Below, in pieces: positions 51,119 through 62,942 of a stretch of 64,000 nucleotides of DNA (position 1 is its first letter; the number at the start of each line of letters is the position of its first letter). The stretch covers positions 1,240,001 through 1,304,000 of the forward strand of contig CM061248.1 in the NCBI GenBank assembly GCA_022605425.2. The letters run 5' to 3'. The notes below the pieces were generated by a model that did no database searches, was not told the origin of the DNA, and saw only the letters and a program-made list of their open reading frames with translations. Both the position numbers and the translations under genes were made by a program. The DNA comes from Hamiltosporidium tvaerminnensis FI-OER-3-3. Taxonomy: Eukaryota; Fungi; Microsporidia.

Positions 51119-52201
51119 ATGAATCATTTTTTAGATGAATTTCCTTCAGAAAAAAGAAACATAAATTTTCTAATGAAATTAGTTTCAAAAGAAATAAAAA
51201 AGACAAATTACGAACAAATATTAAATTTAAAAATACAAAAAAACAACAGTGAAATGTTAGAAAATTTAAACAATAAAAAAATAATAAAAAAAAAACCAAT
51301 AAAAACGTCTTTAAAAAAAATATTAAAAGAAGAAAAAAATAATTTGGAAAAAATTGCATTTAAAATTATTTTGAATAAAAAAGTTCGTTTCGATAATTTT
51401 AAGACAAAATTGTTTTTTATTTACAAATTTGATAAAATATGGAAGTTTGATTACAGTTTAAAGTTTAAAAAACACGAATATATTTTACAAGAATTGATTT
51501 TTATTTTATTTTATCAAAATTTAAATGAAAATGAAAAAAAAGAAAATTTAAATCAAATTTATAATATTTTTATGAAATTGAAACCACATAAAAAAACTTT
51601 GTATTATTTGTTACTTAAAGATATCATTGAAGAAGATTTCTTTTATAAATTAATTAGTTCTTTAGAAAATCATCCTATTTTACTCACATTTTTTACCAAT
51701 CAAAAATTTATTTATGATCCTTCAAAATCAATAGTTAAAGAAATACTAAATACTTGTTCAACAATGAAATATAAAATTATTTCTGCTGTTTGTAATTCAG
51801 AAATAGAAAAAAATCACTTTTTAACCGTTTTAACTAAAAATTATACCATTTATTTTATAACTTCCTTAGATAAAAAATATTTTGAAGAAATACTTGATTT
51901 ACTCACATTTTTTCAACCAAACAATACTTTTCAAACCTTCTTTTGCTTCTCTTGGATGAGAACATTTCTTTTCACAAAAAATTTAGAATTATTTTTCGAA
52001 ATTTACAATTTTTACATAAAATATAACAAAAAAACAGAAAACACAGAATTTTTAATTTATAAATATTTTTGTGATTCTTTTCTATTTTTCAAAGAAAAAA
52101 ATATTTTTAATTTAAATATTTTTAAAGAATCTTGTAATACTTATAACGATACAAATGAAGAATATTATGTAAAAGTTTCTTTATTAAGTAAAATATATTA
52201 A
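51119..52201 (+). CDS. Hypothetical protein (360 aa)
   Basis: Long ORF in extremely AT-rich DNA. CCCTT directly before ATG. No recognisable motif. Confidence 0.75.
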   Translation: MNHFLDEFPSEKRNINFLMKLVSKEIKKTNYEQILNLKIQKNNSEMLENLNNKKIIKKKPIKTSLKKILKEEKNNLEKIAFKIILNKKVRFDNFKTKLFFIYKFDKIWKFDYSLKFKKHEYILQELIFILFYQNLNENEKKENLNQIYNIFMKLKPHKKTLYYLLLKDIIEEDFFYKLISSLENHPILLTFFTNQKFIYDPSKSIVKEILNTCSTMKYKIISAVCNSEIEKNHFLTVLTKNYTIYFITSLDKKYFEEILDLLTFFQPNNTFQTFFCFSWMRTFLFTKNLELFFEIYNFYIKYNKKTENTEFLIYKYFCDSFLFFKEKNIFNLNIFKESCNTYNDTNEEYYVKVSLLSKIY

Positions 52202-52712
52202 AATATATTTTAATTCCAAGATTTAAATTAATTTTATATTTTTTATATTTCTTTGGATTTTTTATATTTCTTTGGATTTTTTATATTTTCTTAATATAAT
52301 TTATGTATTCCTTGTATTTCTTGTATTTCTTGTATTCCTTGTATTTTATATTTTTGATTATAATTAGAAGAAAACAGGTTTTCTAAAACAACTTCTCTAA
52401 AACAACTTCTCTAAAATAATTCTCTAGATTATTTATATAAAATAATTAAAAGCTAATTTAAAAAACTAAATTCAAGAAATATAATTAAAATAATAAAAAT
52501 TTAAGTAAATAAGTCTCTTTATTAAAACTCTTTCTCTGCTATTGTCAAGAAAATATATAAAATTCTTAAATTTAAAATGTAAAAAACATATAAAAATTCT
52601 TACATTTGATTTAAATGTAATATTTATTACAAAATTTTATATTTAAAATGTAAAAAAAATGTTTTTTTAAAAGATTCTTTACAAAAACCAAAATATAAAA
52701 AAAAAACCCATA

Positions 52713-53423
52713 ATGAACAGAACACAAGATTTTTTATCTTTGATTGATTTAGAAAAAAATATAGAAATAAAAAAAAATAAAAAAGAAAAATTTTACGATT
52801 CATTTTTAAAAGACATAAATATTTTACAAAAGAAAATTAAGAAAAGTGGTAGATACGAAGAAATATTAATTTTAGACGAAGCGTATACCTCACTATCACA
52901 TAAAATTTCAGGACTATTTCAAGTTATTGAAATTGACACTTCTTTAAATGAAGGTTTACATTTTGAAGGAATAAAAAAAATATTAAATAATAAGTTACAA
53001 TCTGTACAAATGCTTTTACAAGAAAAGAAAAGTACTTTTCTAAGTACAACTATAACTGATCTTGAACCAGAAAAACCCATAATTTATAAGAGAATTGAAG
53101 ATACAAGTCAACTTTTTCTTATGGAAGAAGAAAATAAAAAAATAATGGAATCTCTAACTACAGTTGATTATTCTTTAAAAAAAACTAGAAAAAGAATTAT
53201 GGATATACAATCAATACAAGATATAATTGGATTACATTTATATGCACAAGATGAAAGAATAGATTGTATAATTGATACTACATCAGATACAAAGAAAAAT
53301 GTAATTGGAAGTAAATCTTTTTTAGATAAAAATAAAGCAATGGGAAAAGCAATAAGAAGAATTGTATTTATTATTTTACTTTGCTTGTCTTTCGTACTTC
53401 TTTTTCTACATTTTTATCATTAA
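52713..53423 (+). CDS. Syntaxin-18/Ufe1-like Qa-SNARE
   Basis: N-peptide MNRTQDF. MEEENKKIMESL linker. SNARE motif IMDIQSIQDIIGLHLYAQDERIDCIIDTTSDTKKNV with central Q. C-terminal TM RRIVFIILLCLSFVLLFLHF. CCC upstream. Confidence 0.8.
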   Translation: MNRTQDFLSLIDLEKNIEIKKNKKEKFYDSFLKDINILQKKIKKSGRYEEILILDEAYTSLSHKISGLFQVIEIDTSLNEGLHFEGIKKILNNKLQSVQMLLQEKKSTFLSTTITDLEPEKPIIYKRIEDTSQLFLMEEENKKIMESLTTVDYSLKKTRKRIMDIQSIQDIIGLHLYAQDERIDCIIDTTSDTKKNVIGSKSFLDKNKAMGKAIRRIVFIILLCLSFVLLFLHFYH

Positions 53424-53538
53424 AATAATATTTTTAACTGAGAAAAATTGTAATAAACTACCTTATCATTTTTATTCTCATTATATTCTTTAATATCTTT
53501 ATTCTAATTATTATTTTTAATATTTTTAATATCTTTAT

Positions 53539-56500
53539 CAAACGACGCTGATGAGGTGAAAAAGAGTGATAGTGAGATACAAAAATATAAGCTACACCCA
53601 CCGGCGATTCCCCTACCTTCCTCCTCCTACACAACAATAACACCTCCACCACCAAGCCAAACATGCAGTAAAATGCAAAATAGTGGGCTTGACACCTTAC
53701 CTTCGCCTAATGCACCAGTTCCCTCTTCGGTTGAAGTCTCTGCGTGCGAGCCATCGTACGACATGACAAGCCCCTGTACTCTAGCTATTCCGGAAGGTAA
53801 CAGGCTAATGGCATTGCGGACGATATTCGATTCCGTAACAGCCGACCCGAAGGAATGGCCTCGAATTGTTTTTTTTGCAGTACAGACAAGGTTTGAAAGA
53901 ATGCCAAGAAATGGCTGGACAGAGCTTCACAGGTACTATAATGAGAAATTCGGCTGCACTGAAACTCTCGAAGTGTTAAAAAAATTGGCACAAAGTGAGC
54001 TGGGAAAGGATGTAAAATCAGAAGAGAATGGAGAGCGACGTAGAATCGCCACTTGTCTCGCTGATACATGCACCTTGACCATACCACTGAGTACATAAAC
54101 CTGTGAGATAAATTTTTGAGTAAAATCAAAGAAATCTCGGAGAACGAAATTGGAAAAGTGGTGGTCCGAACTAGAAAACATCCAAATGAATTGGTTGATA
54201 GTAAAGTTCTGGATCTCATTAATCGAATTATCGGTGAGTATGCTGATTCTTATGTGCCGATGACGATAACGGCAGTGGCAAGGATAATCAGGCAGCCCAG
54301 GTATGCTATGACGAGGCAACACGCAAAGAGAAGCCTAGATCCGCTTGGAAGGAAAACATAGAAAGTAAAATTTCTAAGTTAGTACTTTCCAAAGATCTTC
54401 TCGAGAAGGCTCGTAAGCAGGAAAAGCTCTCCACCTCGGAAACGAAGAGCCTTAAGAAAATCATGCGAGAGTTTAATTTAAACTTGAGCAGTGTAACTGA
54501 TCTTTCTGAGGCTTTAGTTAAGAAGAATGAGTCTTTGAATGTTTACGAGAAAAAAATTACGATGCATGAAAGTAGGAAGCAATTCCGAAAAGAGAATCGT
54601 ATGTTTGAGCTTTTCCGAGGTCGATTTTATCGTGGGTTATCCGAGCGTGTGGAATCCGAGCATGTGGTTAGCCGTGATGAAATTGTGAGTTTTTGGTCTA
54701 CAATGTGGAACAAAAATGATGACACAGTCACGTACGATGATTATTTGATTCCATTTGTATCAGATAATCATCCGACCACGTTTCCTTCACTTGATGAATT
54801 TGTAAATATCATTAATTGGCTTCCCAATTGGAAAGCTGCTGGAATTGATGGTATTTACAATTTTTTCATTAAGAAACTTACAACTCTTCACAAATATCTT
54901 TATGATATTGTGAAAGTTATATGTTTAGAAGGAACACCTCAAGCTGATTGGTTTTACTGCGGGCTTACGTATTTGATACCGAAAGGAATTCCACGAAGAG
55001 GCTCTGACTACAGGCCAATCACTTGTATGTCCAACCTCTATAAGTTAACGACAAAGTGTGTAACGAAAGTCGTTCAACTTGAAGTGGAAAGGCGAGGGTT
55101 GCTTGCAGAGAACCAACTAGGGGCGGTAAGAGGTGTGCAGGGAGCGAAAGAGCAAGCTCTACTGAATATTGCCTTAAATAAAGAGTATGAAAATAATCTT
55201 AAGGCAACATGGATTGATGTTAAAAAAGCTTATGATTCAATAGATCATGCTTATTTAACTCAATGCATTGAAAACCTTAATTTACCTGATTGGATCCTGA
55301 AATTTATTAAGGTAATTATATCAAAATGGAAAATTGATATATCAGTAGGGCCTGAAAAAATCATGAGCAAGAAGATTGATAGAGGGATTCTACAAGGAGA
55401 TAGTTTGTCACCTTTGTTATTTGTGTTGTGTATGGATCCATTAAGCCGAAAGCTTAATGAAAAATACACAAAAGTGACAGTACAAACAGATGCAGAATCC
55501 CATTCTACTAATCATCTCTTGTTTATTGATGATCTTAAGCTCCTTGCAAAAGACAGCTCTACATTGAGTTCTATGATAGGCGAGGCAAAGGAATTTTTAG
55601 AGGTGATTGGCTTAGAGATTAACAAAGAGAAGTCAGCCACAAATGATACGTGTTGTGAAGATACTGCTACTCTTCTAGAAGGTGTTAGTGTTTACAAATA
55701 TTTAGGAATAATAGAAGATAGCAGAGGAATCCCAACACGTAGCTCATTTGAAGAAGTACAGAGCAAACTTATATCAAGAGTTGAAAGACTTTGTCACACT
55801 AGATTAAATGCAAAAAATTTATTTTCTGCAATCAATCAACATGCGATATCGTTAATCAACTACCACATAGGAGTACTTCGACTTGAACCGGCTGACTTCT
55901 CTAAGTTAGATGATGCAGTGCGTGCGGTGTTGGTTAAAAATAAGATACATCTCCGCCCAGGATGTAAAGAGCGGTTGTATCTTCCTAGAACAGAACTTGG
56001 AAGAGGCCTACATAGTGTTGAGTTGCGAAGCGAACATATGCTTCTGCAACTCTTGGATTGTCTGGAAAAAAGTAAAGAAATATCAACTAGACGAGCAGCA
56101 ATCCTCAAGGTGGAGAATAATAATAAAACCCATCTTGCACTAATAAAAGGCTTCTTAAAAGTAAAGTACAGGTTGGTAGAAGAAGTCACTAAGAAAAGTT
56201 TAGAAGAACTCAACTTGCAAAACTATATAACGAAATAGAAAAACGAAAACTCCATTCAAAGTTATATAATGCAAGGAAAAATGAGCTTGTGAGTGTTGGT
56301 GACTCTTCAAGATGGCTAAAGAGAGGAAATATTAGGCCACGAAATGAAGCTGTGTTCTGCTATATCCAGGATAGAAATGTATTCTGGGGAGCAGATGGTG
56401 TGTGTCAACATTGCGGGAAGTCTGGTAAGACTGTGGATCATCTAGCAACTCGATGTGAAAAAATGCTAGGCCATGACTACACCAGACGGCATAATGAAGT

Positions 56501-57282
56501 GGTTAGATGCCTACACCTTCTCCTTCTAAATAGATATAAGTTTAAGTCTTCAAAACGAATAAGGAGCCACTCAGTTCAAGAAATTCTTGATAATGAGTAT
56601 GCAGAGATAAGAGTGGACACCAGAATTAAAACTGATGTTAAAATTCGGAATAACAGACCGGACATATTTATTTTAGATAAGAAGAAGAATAAGATAACAC
56701 TCATTGAAGTAGGAATCACTTCCCAAGATTCACTTCAAATAGTTGAAACTGAAAAACTTAGGAAGTATGACCTGCTAGCCAATGAGTTGGGCCTTATTTA
56801 TAAGTGTAGTGTTGAGATAATCCCTTATGTGATGACCTGGGACGGTATTGTGACAAAATACCATAAATCTCATCTTAAAAGACTAGAAATACCCATGAAT
56901 GTAGAAGCATACATTCAGTCTATAGTACTTAAAAAGACAGTCGAAACTATTTTCTTTGATCGACGAAGAGGACTTGAGTCAGGACTAAATGCCGAAGAGA
57001 GCTGGGAGAGAGCGTCAATGGGTGTTATTATGAGATCAGAGATGCATGAGGAACCAATACCCCCTTTAAAAGAAGCGAAAACAGAGGAAGATGGTGCCAA
57101 AAATTTTAAACCAAAATATAAAGCCCCCTTTATTTTACAAGGAGGAACCACTTTAGAGGAACCGACCAATAACATAAATGAAGAGTCGGATTTGGAAGAA
57201 GAGACAAAAGTGGTCAAAGAGGTAGAAGAAAACATGTAAAAATGGTAAAAAATATTTTAACCCAGAATTTTATTAAATAAAA
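53539..57282 (+). mobile_element. Near-full-length R4/Dong-like RLE non-LTR retrotransposon, inactivated by about three frameshifts
   Basis: RT motifs YRPIT, DVKKAYDSI, QGDSLSP, FIDD, YKYLG. CCHC knuckle and PD..E..K endonuclease. 13-bp TSD TTAATATCTTTAT at 53526-53538 and 57283-57295. Frameshifts near 54090, 54295 and 56208. Confidence 0.95.
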
Positions 57283-57385
57283 TTAATATCTTTATTATCT
57301 TTATTATTTTTATTCTAATTTTATTTTTATTCTCATTATATTTTTTAATAAATTAATTATTTTTAATATCTTTATTCCAGTTATT

Positions 57386-60300
57386 AAAAAAATGGGTAGA
57401 AGAAAAAAAGTTGACAACGAAAATATAAAAAATGATGAAATAAATGCTGTAAACAACTCGGAAATTAGTTTTAAAGAGATGAAAACGTGTGATAGAGATG
57501 TAGTAACTATATCCGAGACGCTTCCACCACAACCGACCATCTATAATAACACCCACTCCCCATCGAGCAATACGCTTCAGGCTACTCCAATCAACCTGCT
57601 CGATTCCGCACTCCCTTCTTCCTGTCCCGATTCGTCTGCGCGTAGACCAGCCAACACAATGGAAAACCTCAATGCCCCTGTCATTCCAGAAGTAAATCGA
57701 CTGATGGTATTGCATTCAATACTTGACTCTGTCACAGCCGTAGAGCAGGAATGGCCTAGATCCGCTATTTCAGCAGTGCAAAAAAGGTTTGAGAGAATGC
57801 CTAGAAATGGCTGGTCTGCAATTCTTAGGTACTATAATGGGAAATTTGGTCGAACTGTTGATATCGATGTGTTAAAAAAATTAACACATAATGAGGCAGA
57901 AAGAGAAATAAGGCAAGAAGAGAATGGAGAGCGACGTAGAATCGCCACTTGTCTCGCCGAGCCATGTTCTTTAACTGACACTACACTCTATATGAACCTG
58001 AGAGAAAAGTTCTTGTGCAAAATCAAGGAACTCTCGGAGAAGGAAATCGGAGATGTAGTGGTCCGAACTAGAAAACTTCCAAGTGAATTGGTTGATAGTA
58101 AAGTTTTGGAACTCATAAATCGGATCACAGGTGAATATGCTGAATCTCATGTGCCTAAGAATGTTAGTGATGCAGCTCGAATCATCCAGGCGGCTCAGGT
58201 ATGCTATGACGAGGAAACGCGTAAGGAGAAGCCTAGATCTGCTTGGAAGGAAAACATAGAAAGTAAAATTTCTAAGTTAGTACTTTCCAAAGATCTCCTC
58301 GAGAAGGCTCGCAAGCAGGAAAAGCTCTCTACTTCGGAAACGAAAAGTCTCAGAAAAATTATGCGAGAGTTTAATTTAGACTTAAGCAAAATAAATGATC
58401 TCTCTGAGGCTTTGGTTAAGAAGAATGAGGCTTTGAATGTTTACGAGAAAAAAATTACGATGTATGAAAGTAGGAGAAAATTTCGAAAAGAGAATCGTAT
58501 GTTTGAGTTATTCCGAGGTCGATTCTATCGAGGGTTATCTGAGCGCGTTGAATCCGAGCATGTGGTTTATCGTGACGAAATTTCAGAATTTTGGTCTACA
58601 ATGTGGAATAAAAATGATAAAGTAGTTACATATGATGAGTATTTGATACCTTTCGTGTCAGATACGCACCAGACCACGTTTCCTTTACTTGAAGAGTTTA
58701 TAGATATCATCAATTGGCTGCCTAACTGGAAAGCCGCTGGAATTGATGGTATTTATAACTTTTACATCAAGAAACTTACGAGCCTTCATAAATATCTTTA
58801 CGATATTGTGAAAGCCATATGTTTAGAAGGAACGCCTCAAGCCGATTGGTATTATTGTGGACTTACTTATCTGATACCTAAAGGTACACCAAAGACTGGC
58901 TCTGATTACAGGCCAATAACCTGTATGTCAAATCTGTATAAACTAACTACAAAATGTGTTACTAAAGTCGTACAGATTGAGGTGGAAAGACGAGGATTAC
59001 TTTCAGAAAATCAGTTGGGAGCAGTAAGAGGAGTGCAAGGAGCGAAAGAACAGGCCCTATTGAATATTGCCATTAATAAAGAGTACGGAAACAATCTTAA
59101 GGCAACATGGATTGATGTCAAAAAAGCTTATGATTCAATAGATCATGCTTATTTGACTCAATGCATTGAAAACCTTAATTTACCTGATTGGATCCTGAAA
59201 TTTATTAAGGTAATTATATCAAAATGGAAAATTGATATATCAGTAGGGCCTGAAAAAATCATGAGCAAGAAGATTGACAGAGGGATTCTGCAAGGAGATA
59301 GTTTGTCACAATTATTGTTTGTGTTGTGTATGGATCCATTGAGCCGAAAGCTTAATGAGAAATACACAAAAGTGACAATAAAGACAGATGCAGAATCCCA
59401 CGCGACTAATCATCTCTTGTTTATTGATGATCTTAAGCTCCTTGCCGAAGATGGACAAACATTGGAAGAAATGACTGAGGAGGTTAAAAAGTTTATGAAT
59501 AATATAGGATTGGAAATTAACAAAGAGAAGTCAGCCACTAATGATCCATGTTGTGAAGATACTGCTACTCTTCTTGAAGGAATAGGTGTTTATAAATACC
59601 TTGGAATTATAGAAGATAGCAGAGGAATTCCAACAAGTAAGTCGTTTGAGGAAGTACAGACTAAACTTATAGCACGAGTAGAAAGACTTTGTCGCACGAG
59701 ATTAAATGCAAGAAATTTATTTCAAGCCATTAATCAACATGCGATTTCTTTACTAAACTATCATATAGGTGTACTCCGACTTGAACCGGCTGACTTCTCT
59801 AAGTTAGATGATGCGGTGCGTGCAGTGTTAGTAAAGAACAAAATACATCTACGCCCAGGATGCAAAGAACGTCTATACCTTCCGCGTAAAGAACTTGGAA
59901 GAGGTTTACATAGTGTCGAGTTCAAAAGCGAACATATGCTTTTGCAACTCTTGGATTGTCTGGAAAAACATAAAGATACATCGACCAGAAGAGCAGCAAT
60001 CCTAAAGGTTGAGAATAATAATAAAACCCACCTTTCACTAATTAAAAACTTTTTAAAAATAAAATACGGGTTGGAAGAGGAAGTCACAAAAAAGAAATTG
60101 GAAGAAGCTCAACTAGCTAACCTATATAACGAAATCAAAAACCGAAAACTACATTCAAAGTTATATAGCGCTAGAAATAACGAGCTGGTAAGTGTAAATG
60201 ACTCCTCAAGATGGTTAAAGAAAGGAAGTGTAAGACCACGTGATGAAGCAGTGTTCTGTTATATCCAGGATAGAAATGTTTTCTGGGGTGCAGAAGGTAT

Positions 60301-61182
60301 GTGTCAACACTGCAACCAGTCTAGGAAAACTGCTGATCACTTAGCAACGAGATGTGAAAAAATGCTTGGTCATGACTATACTAGACGACATAATGAAGTG
60401 GTACGATGTATACATTTACTCTTGCTGAATAAATATAAGTTTAAGTCTTCGAAACGAATTAGAAGCCACTCAGTTCAAGAAATTCTTGATAACGAATATG
60501 CAGAGATAAGAGTGGACACCAGAATAAAAACTGATGTCAAGATTCGGTGTAACAGACCAGATATATTTATTTTAGACAAGAGACAGAATAGGATAACCCT
60601 CATTGAGGTAGGAATCACATCCCAAGACTCTCTCCAAATAGTTGAAACAGAGAAGCTTAGGAAGTATGACCTATTAGCAAATGAGTTAGGTCTTATTTAT
60701 AAATGCAATGTAGAGATAATTCCTTATGTGATGACCTGGGACGGTATTGTGACAAAATACCATAAGACGTATGTTAAGAGACTGCAAATACCCATGAATG
60801 TAGAGGCATATATACAATCCATAGTACTCAAGAAGACAGTCGAAACAATTTCTTTTGATCGACGAAGAGGACTTGAGTCTGGTCCAAATGCCGAGGAGAG
60901 CTGGGAGAGAGCATCATTAAGTGTTATTTTACGAGCTGAGATGCATAAACAACTAATACCCCCTTTAAAGCAAGTAGACAACGAGGAAGATGATGTTAAA
61001 ACGGAAAATACAAAAAATATTTTACCCCTTATTTTGGATGGCATAACCACAGCAAAGGAACCAACAAATAATACAACTGAAGAGTTGGAGTTGGAGGAAG
61101 AGATAGAAGTGGTTGAAATGGTGGAAAGAATTATTTAAAAAGAAAAATTTGTTAACCCAGAATTTTATTAAATAAATAAAAA
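57386..61182 (+). mobile_element. Full-length R4/Dong-like RLE non-LTR retrotransposon (second subfamily)
   Basis: Single intact ORF. 13-bp TSD TATTCCAGTTATT at 57373-57385 and 61183-61195. 3' end AACCCAGAATTTTATTAAATAAATAAAAA. Confidence 0.95.
57392..61138 (+). CDS. Non-LTR retrotransposon protein: reverse transcriptase + CCHC knuckle + restriction-like (PD-(D/E)xK) endonuclease, 1248 aa
   Basis: WKAAGIDG, YRPITC, QGAKEQ, DVKKAYDSI, QGDSLS, FIDD, YLG; CQHC..DHL..C; RHN; RPDI..IEV..EK..KY; acidic tail. Confidence 0.97.
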   Translation: MGRRKKVDNENIKNDEINAVNNSEISFKEMKTCDRDVVTISETLPPQPTIYNNTHSPSSNTLQATPINLLDSALPSSCPDSSARRPANTMENLNAPVIPEVNRLMVLHSILDSVTAVEQEWPRSAISAVQKRFERMPRNGWSAILRYYNGKFGRTVDIDVLKKLTHNEAEREIRQEENGERRRIATCLAEPCSLTDTTLYMNLREKFLCKIKELSEKEIGDVVVRTRKLPSELVDSKVLELINRITGEYAESHVPKNVSDAARIIQAAQVCYDEETRKEKPRSAWKENIESKISKLVLSKDLLEKARKQEKLSTSETKSLRKIMREFNLDLSKINDLSEALVKKNEALNVYEKKITMYESRRKFRKENRMFELFRGRFYRGLSERVESEHVVYRDEISEFWSTMWNKNDKVVTYDEYLIPFVSDTHQTTFPLLEEFIDIINWLPNWKAAGIDGIYNFYIKKLTSLHKYLYDIVKAICLEGTPQADWYYCGLTYLIPKGTPKTGSDYRPITCMSNLYKLTTKCVTKVVQIEVERRGLLSENQLGAVRGVQGAKEQALLNIAINKEYGNNLKATWIDVKKAYDSIDHAYLTQCIENLNLPDWILKFIKVIISKWKIDISVGPEKIMSKKIDRGILQGDSLSQLLFVLCMDPLSRKLNEKYTKVTIKTDAESHATNHLLFIDDLKLLAEDGQTLEEMTEEVKKFMNNIGLEINKEKSATNDPCCEDTATLLEGIGVYKYLGIIEDSRGIPTSKSFEEVQTKLIARVERLCRTRLNARNLFQAINQHAISLLNYHIGVLRLEPADFSKLDDAVRAVLVKNKIHLRPGCKERLYLPRKELGRGLHSVEFKSEHMLLQLLDCLEKHKDTSTRRAAILKVENNNKTHLSLIKNFLKIKYGLEEEVTKKKLEEAQLANLYNEIKNRKLHSKLYSARNNELVSVNDSSRWLKKGSVRPRDEAVFCYIQDRNVFWGAEGMCQHCNQSRKTADHLATRCEKMLGHDYTRRHNEVVRCIHLLLLNKYKFKSSKRIRSHSVQEILDNEYAEIRVDTRIKTDVKIRCNRPDIFILDKRQNRITLIEVGITSQDSLQIVETEKLRKYDLLANELGLIYKCNVEIIPYVMTWDGIVTKYHKTYVKRLQIPMNVEAYIQSIVLKKTVETISFDRRRGLESGPNAEESWERASLSVILRAEMHKQLIPPLKQVDNEEDDVKTENTKNILPLILDGITTAKEPTNNTTEELELEEEIEVVEMVERII

Positions 61183-61404
61183 TATTCCAGTTATTCAAAT
61201 TATAGGATTTATTCCAGTTATTCTAATTTTAGGATTTATTCCAGTTATTCTAATTATATTTTTATTCTAATTATTCAAATTATAGGATTTAATGAAATAT
61301 TCTTATTATTAAATAAATCTTCTTTCTAATTTTATTTATAAGGATTATGAAAAGTTTATTTTTATTTTTAATATATCTCATTGAATATAAATTTAATTTT
61401 AGTT

Positions 61405-61525
61405 TGATATAAAAATTTATTTAAAATTGTATTTTGTAAAAAGATATAAAATTTATTTAAAATTGTATTTTGTAAAAAGATATAAAAATTTATTTAAAAT
61501 TGTATTTTGTAAAAAGATATAAAAT
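61405..61525 (+). repeat. ~37-bp tandem repeat, ~3 units
   Basis: GATATAAAA(A)TTTATTTAAAATTGTATTTTGTAAAAA repeated. Confidence 0.85.
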
Positions 61526-61744
61526 TAGTTTTTTAAAAGTAAAAAAATCTTAATTACAGTTATTATAGTACTTGTCACATAAATTGTTGCTTTTAAGTGT
61601 TTTAAATATGAAATATCAATCTTAAATATTTTTAATAATATATATTTTAATATATTTCAATAATCTTTTACTTTGGTTATATTGGTCTAATATATTACTT
61701 GATTTGATATTCTTTGAATATTTAGTTAATCATATGAAATAATT

Positions 61745-61997
61745 AAAAATCTTTTAGTAAATTATATGAATTATAAATCTTTTAGTAAATTATATGGATT
61801 ATATGAACTATAAATATAAGGAATTATGTAAAATATAAATATTTTAGTAATATGTGGAATATAAATATATTGAACTATATGAACTATATGAAATATAAAT
61901 ATAATGGAATTATATGAATTATAAATATAATGGAATTATGTGAATTATAAATATAATGGAATTATATGAATTATAAATATAATGGAATTATATGAAA
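61745..61997 (+). repeat. Degenerate ~26-bp minisatellite (ATATAATGGAATTATATGAATTATAA)
   Basis: Directly visible; most regular at 61895-61997. Confidence 0.85.
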
Positions 61998-62556
61998 TAG
62001 TTTTTATCTCTTAGAAATATTTTGGGTCTTTAAATGAATATAACAGGTAAATATTTATTTTTATATAAGTTTATATAAATTAATATAAAACCTATGAAAT
62101 ACTTTTAAAAAAAAAAAGCTTAAAAAGTTTATTATTTTTTTATATAAACTTATATTAAAATGTATTTGTTCATTAACTAGCTACAAATCAATATACATTT
62201 ATAAGAAGATTAAAATTTATTAAATTAAATTCTAAATAGAAAAAATATTTTGAGATCAATGTAATCTAAGGAAACTAGATTGAGAACAAAAAAAGGAAAA
62301 TATTTAAATATTTCTATTTCTTTAAATATATATAGAACCTCTTACTAGCAATTTAGTTGTAAAATATAACAATTCTAGTTTTTTATTTGACCAAACTTTT
62401 TTATCTTCTGGTTTCTATTCGCGAAATTTATTTCTTCGAGAAATTAAATAAAATAACTGTTGATACTAAGATCTTTAAAATCCACTATTTCTGGAAATAG
62501 ATATATAAACTCCCAAATATTTTTAACATCTATCAAATCTAGTATAGAACATTAGC

Positions 62557-62942
62557 TTATATATTCTCAATATGATTCGTATAAAATAATTACGAACTTC
62601 AACTCTTTATATCTATAGTATTTGAAATTAAACTTATATTCTCAATATGATTCGTATAAAATAATTACGAACTTCAACTCTTTATATCTATAGTATTTAA
62701 AATTAAACTTATATTCTCAATATGATTCTTATAAAATAATTACGAACTTCAACTCTTTATATCTATAGTATTTGAAATTAAACTTATATTCTCAATATGA
62801 TTCTTATAAAATAATTACGAACTTCAACTCTTTATATCTATAGTATTTGAAATTAAACTTATATTCTCAATATGATTCGTATAAAATAATTACGAACTTC
62901 AACTCTTTATATCTATAGTATTTGAAATTAAACTTATATTCT
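62557..62942 (+). repeat. 75-bp minisatellite, five units
   Basis: ATAAAATAATTACGA recurs at 62581, 62656, 62731, 62806, 62881 with single-base variants between units. Confidence 0.95.

Noticed and set aside
53541-53575. Hammerhead ribozyme core (CTGATGA..GAAA) at the 5' end of the retrotransposon
   Set aside because: Only 3 nt lie between the motifs so no stem II can form. The bases are in-frame coding sequence (NDADEVKK) and are absent from the second subfamily.
53458-61050. Antisense and alternate-frame ORFs overlapping the retrotransposons and long genes
   Set aside because: Shadow ORFs of real coding sequence. They recur only because the elements are repeated.
62557-62942. CRISPR-like array (also considered for 50723-51050)
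   Set aside because: Units are contiguous near-identical repeats with no unique spacers, there are no cas genes, and the context is eukaryotic.
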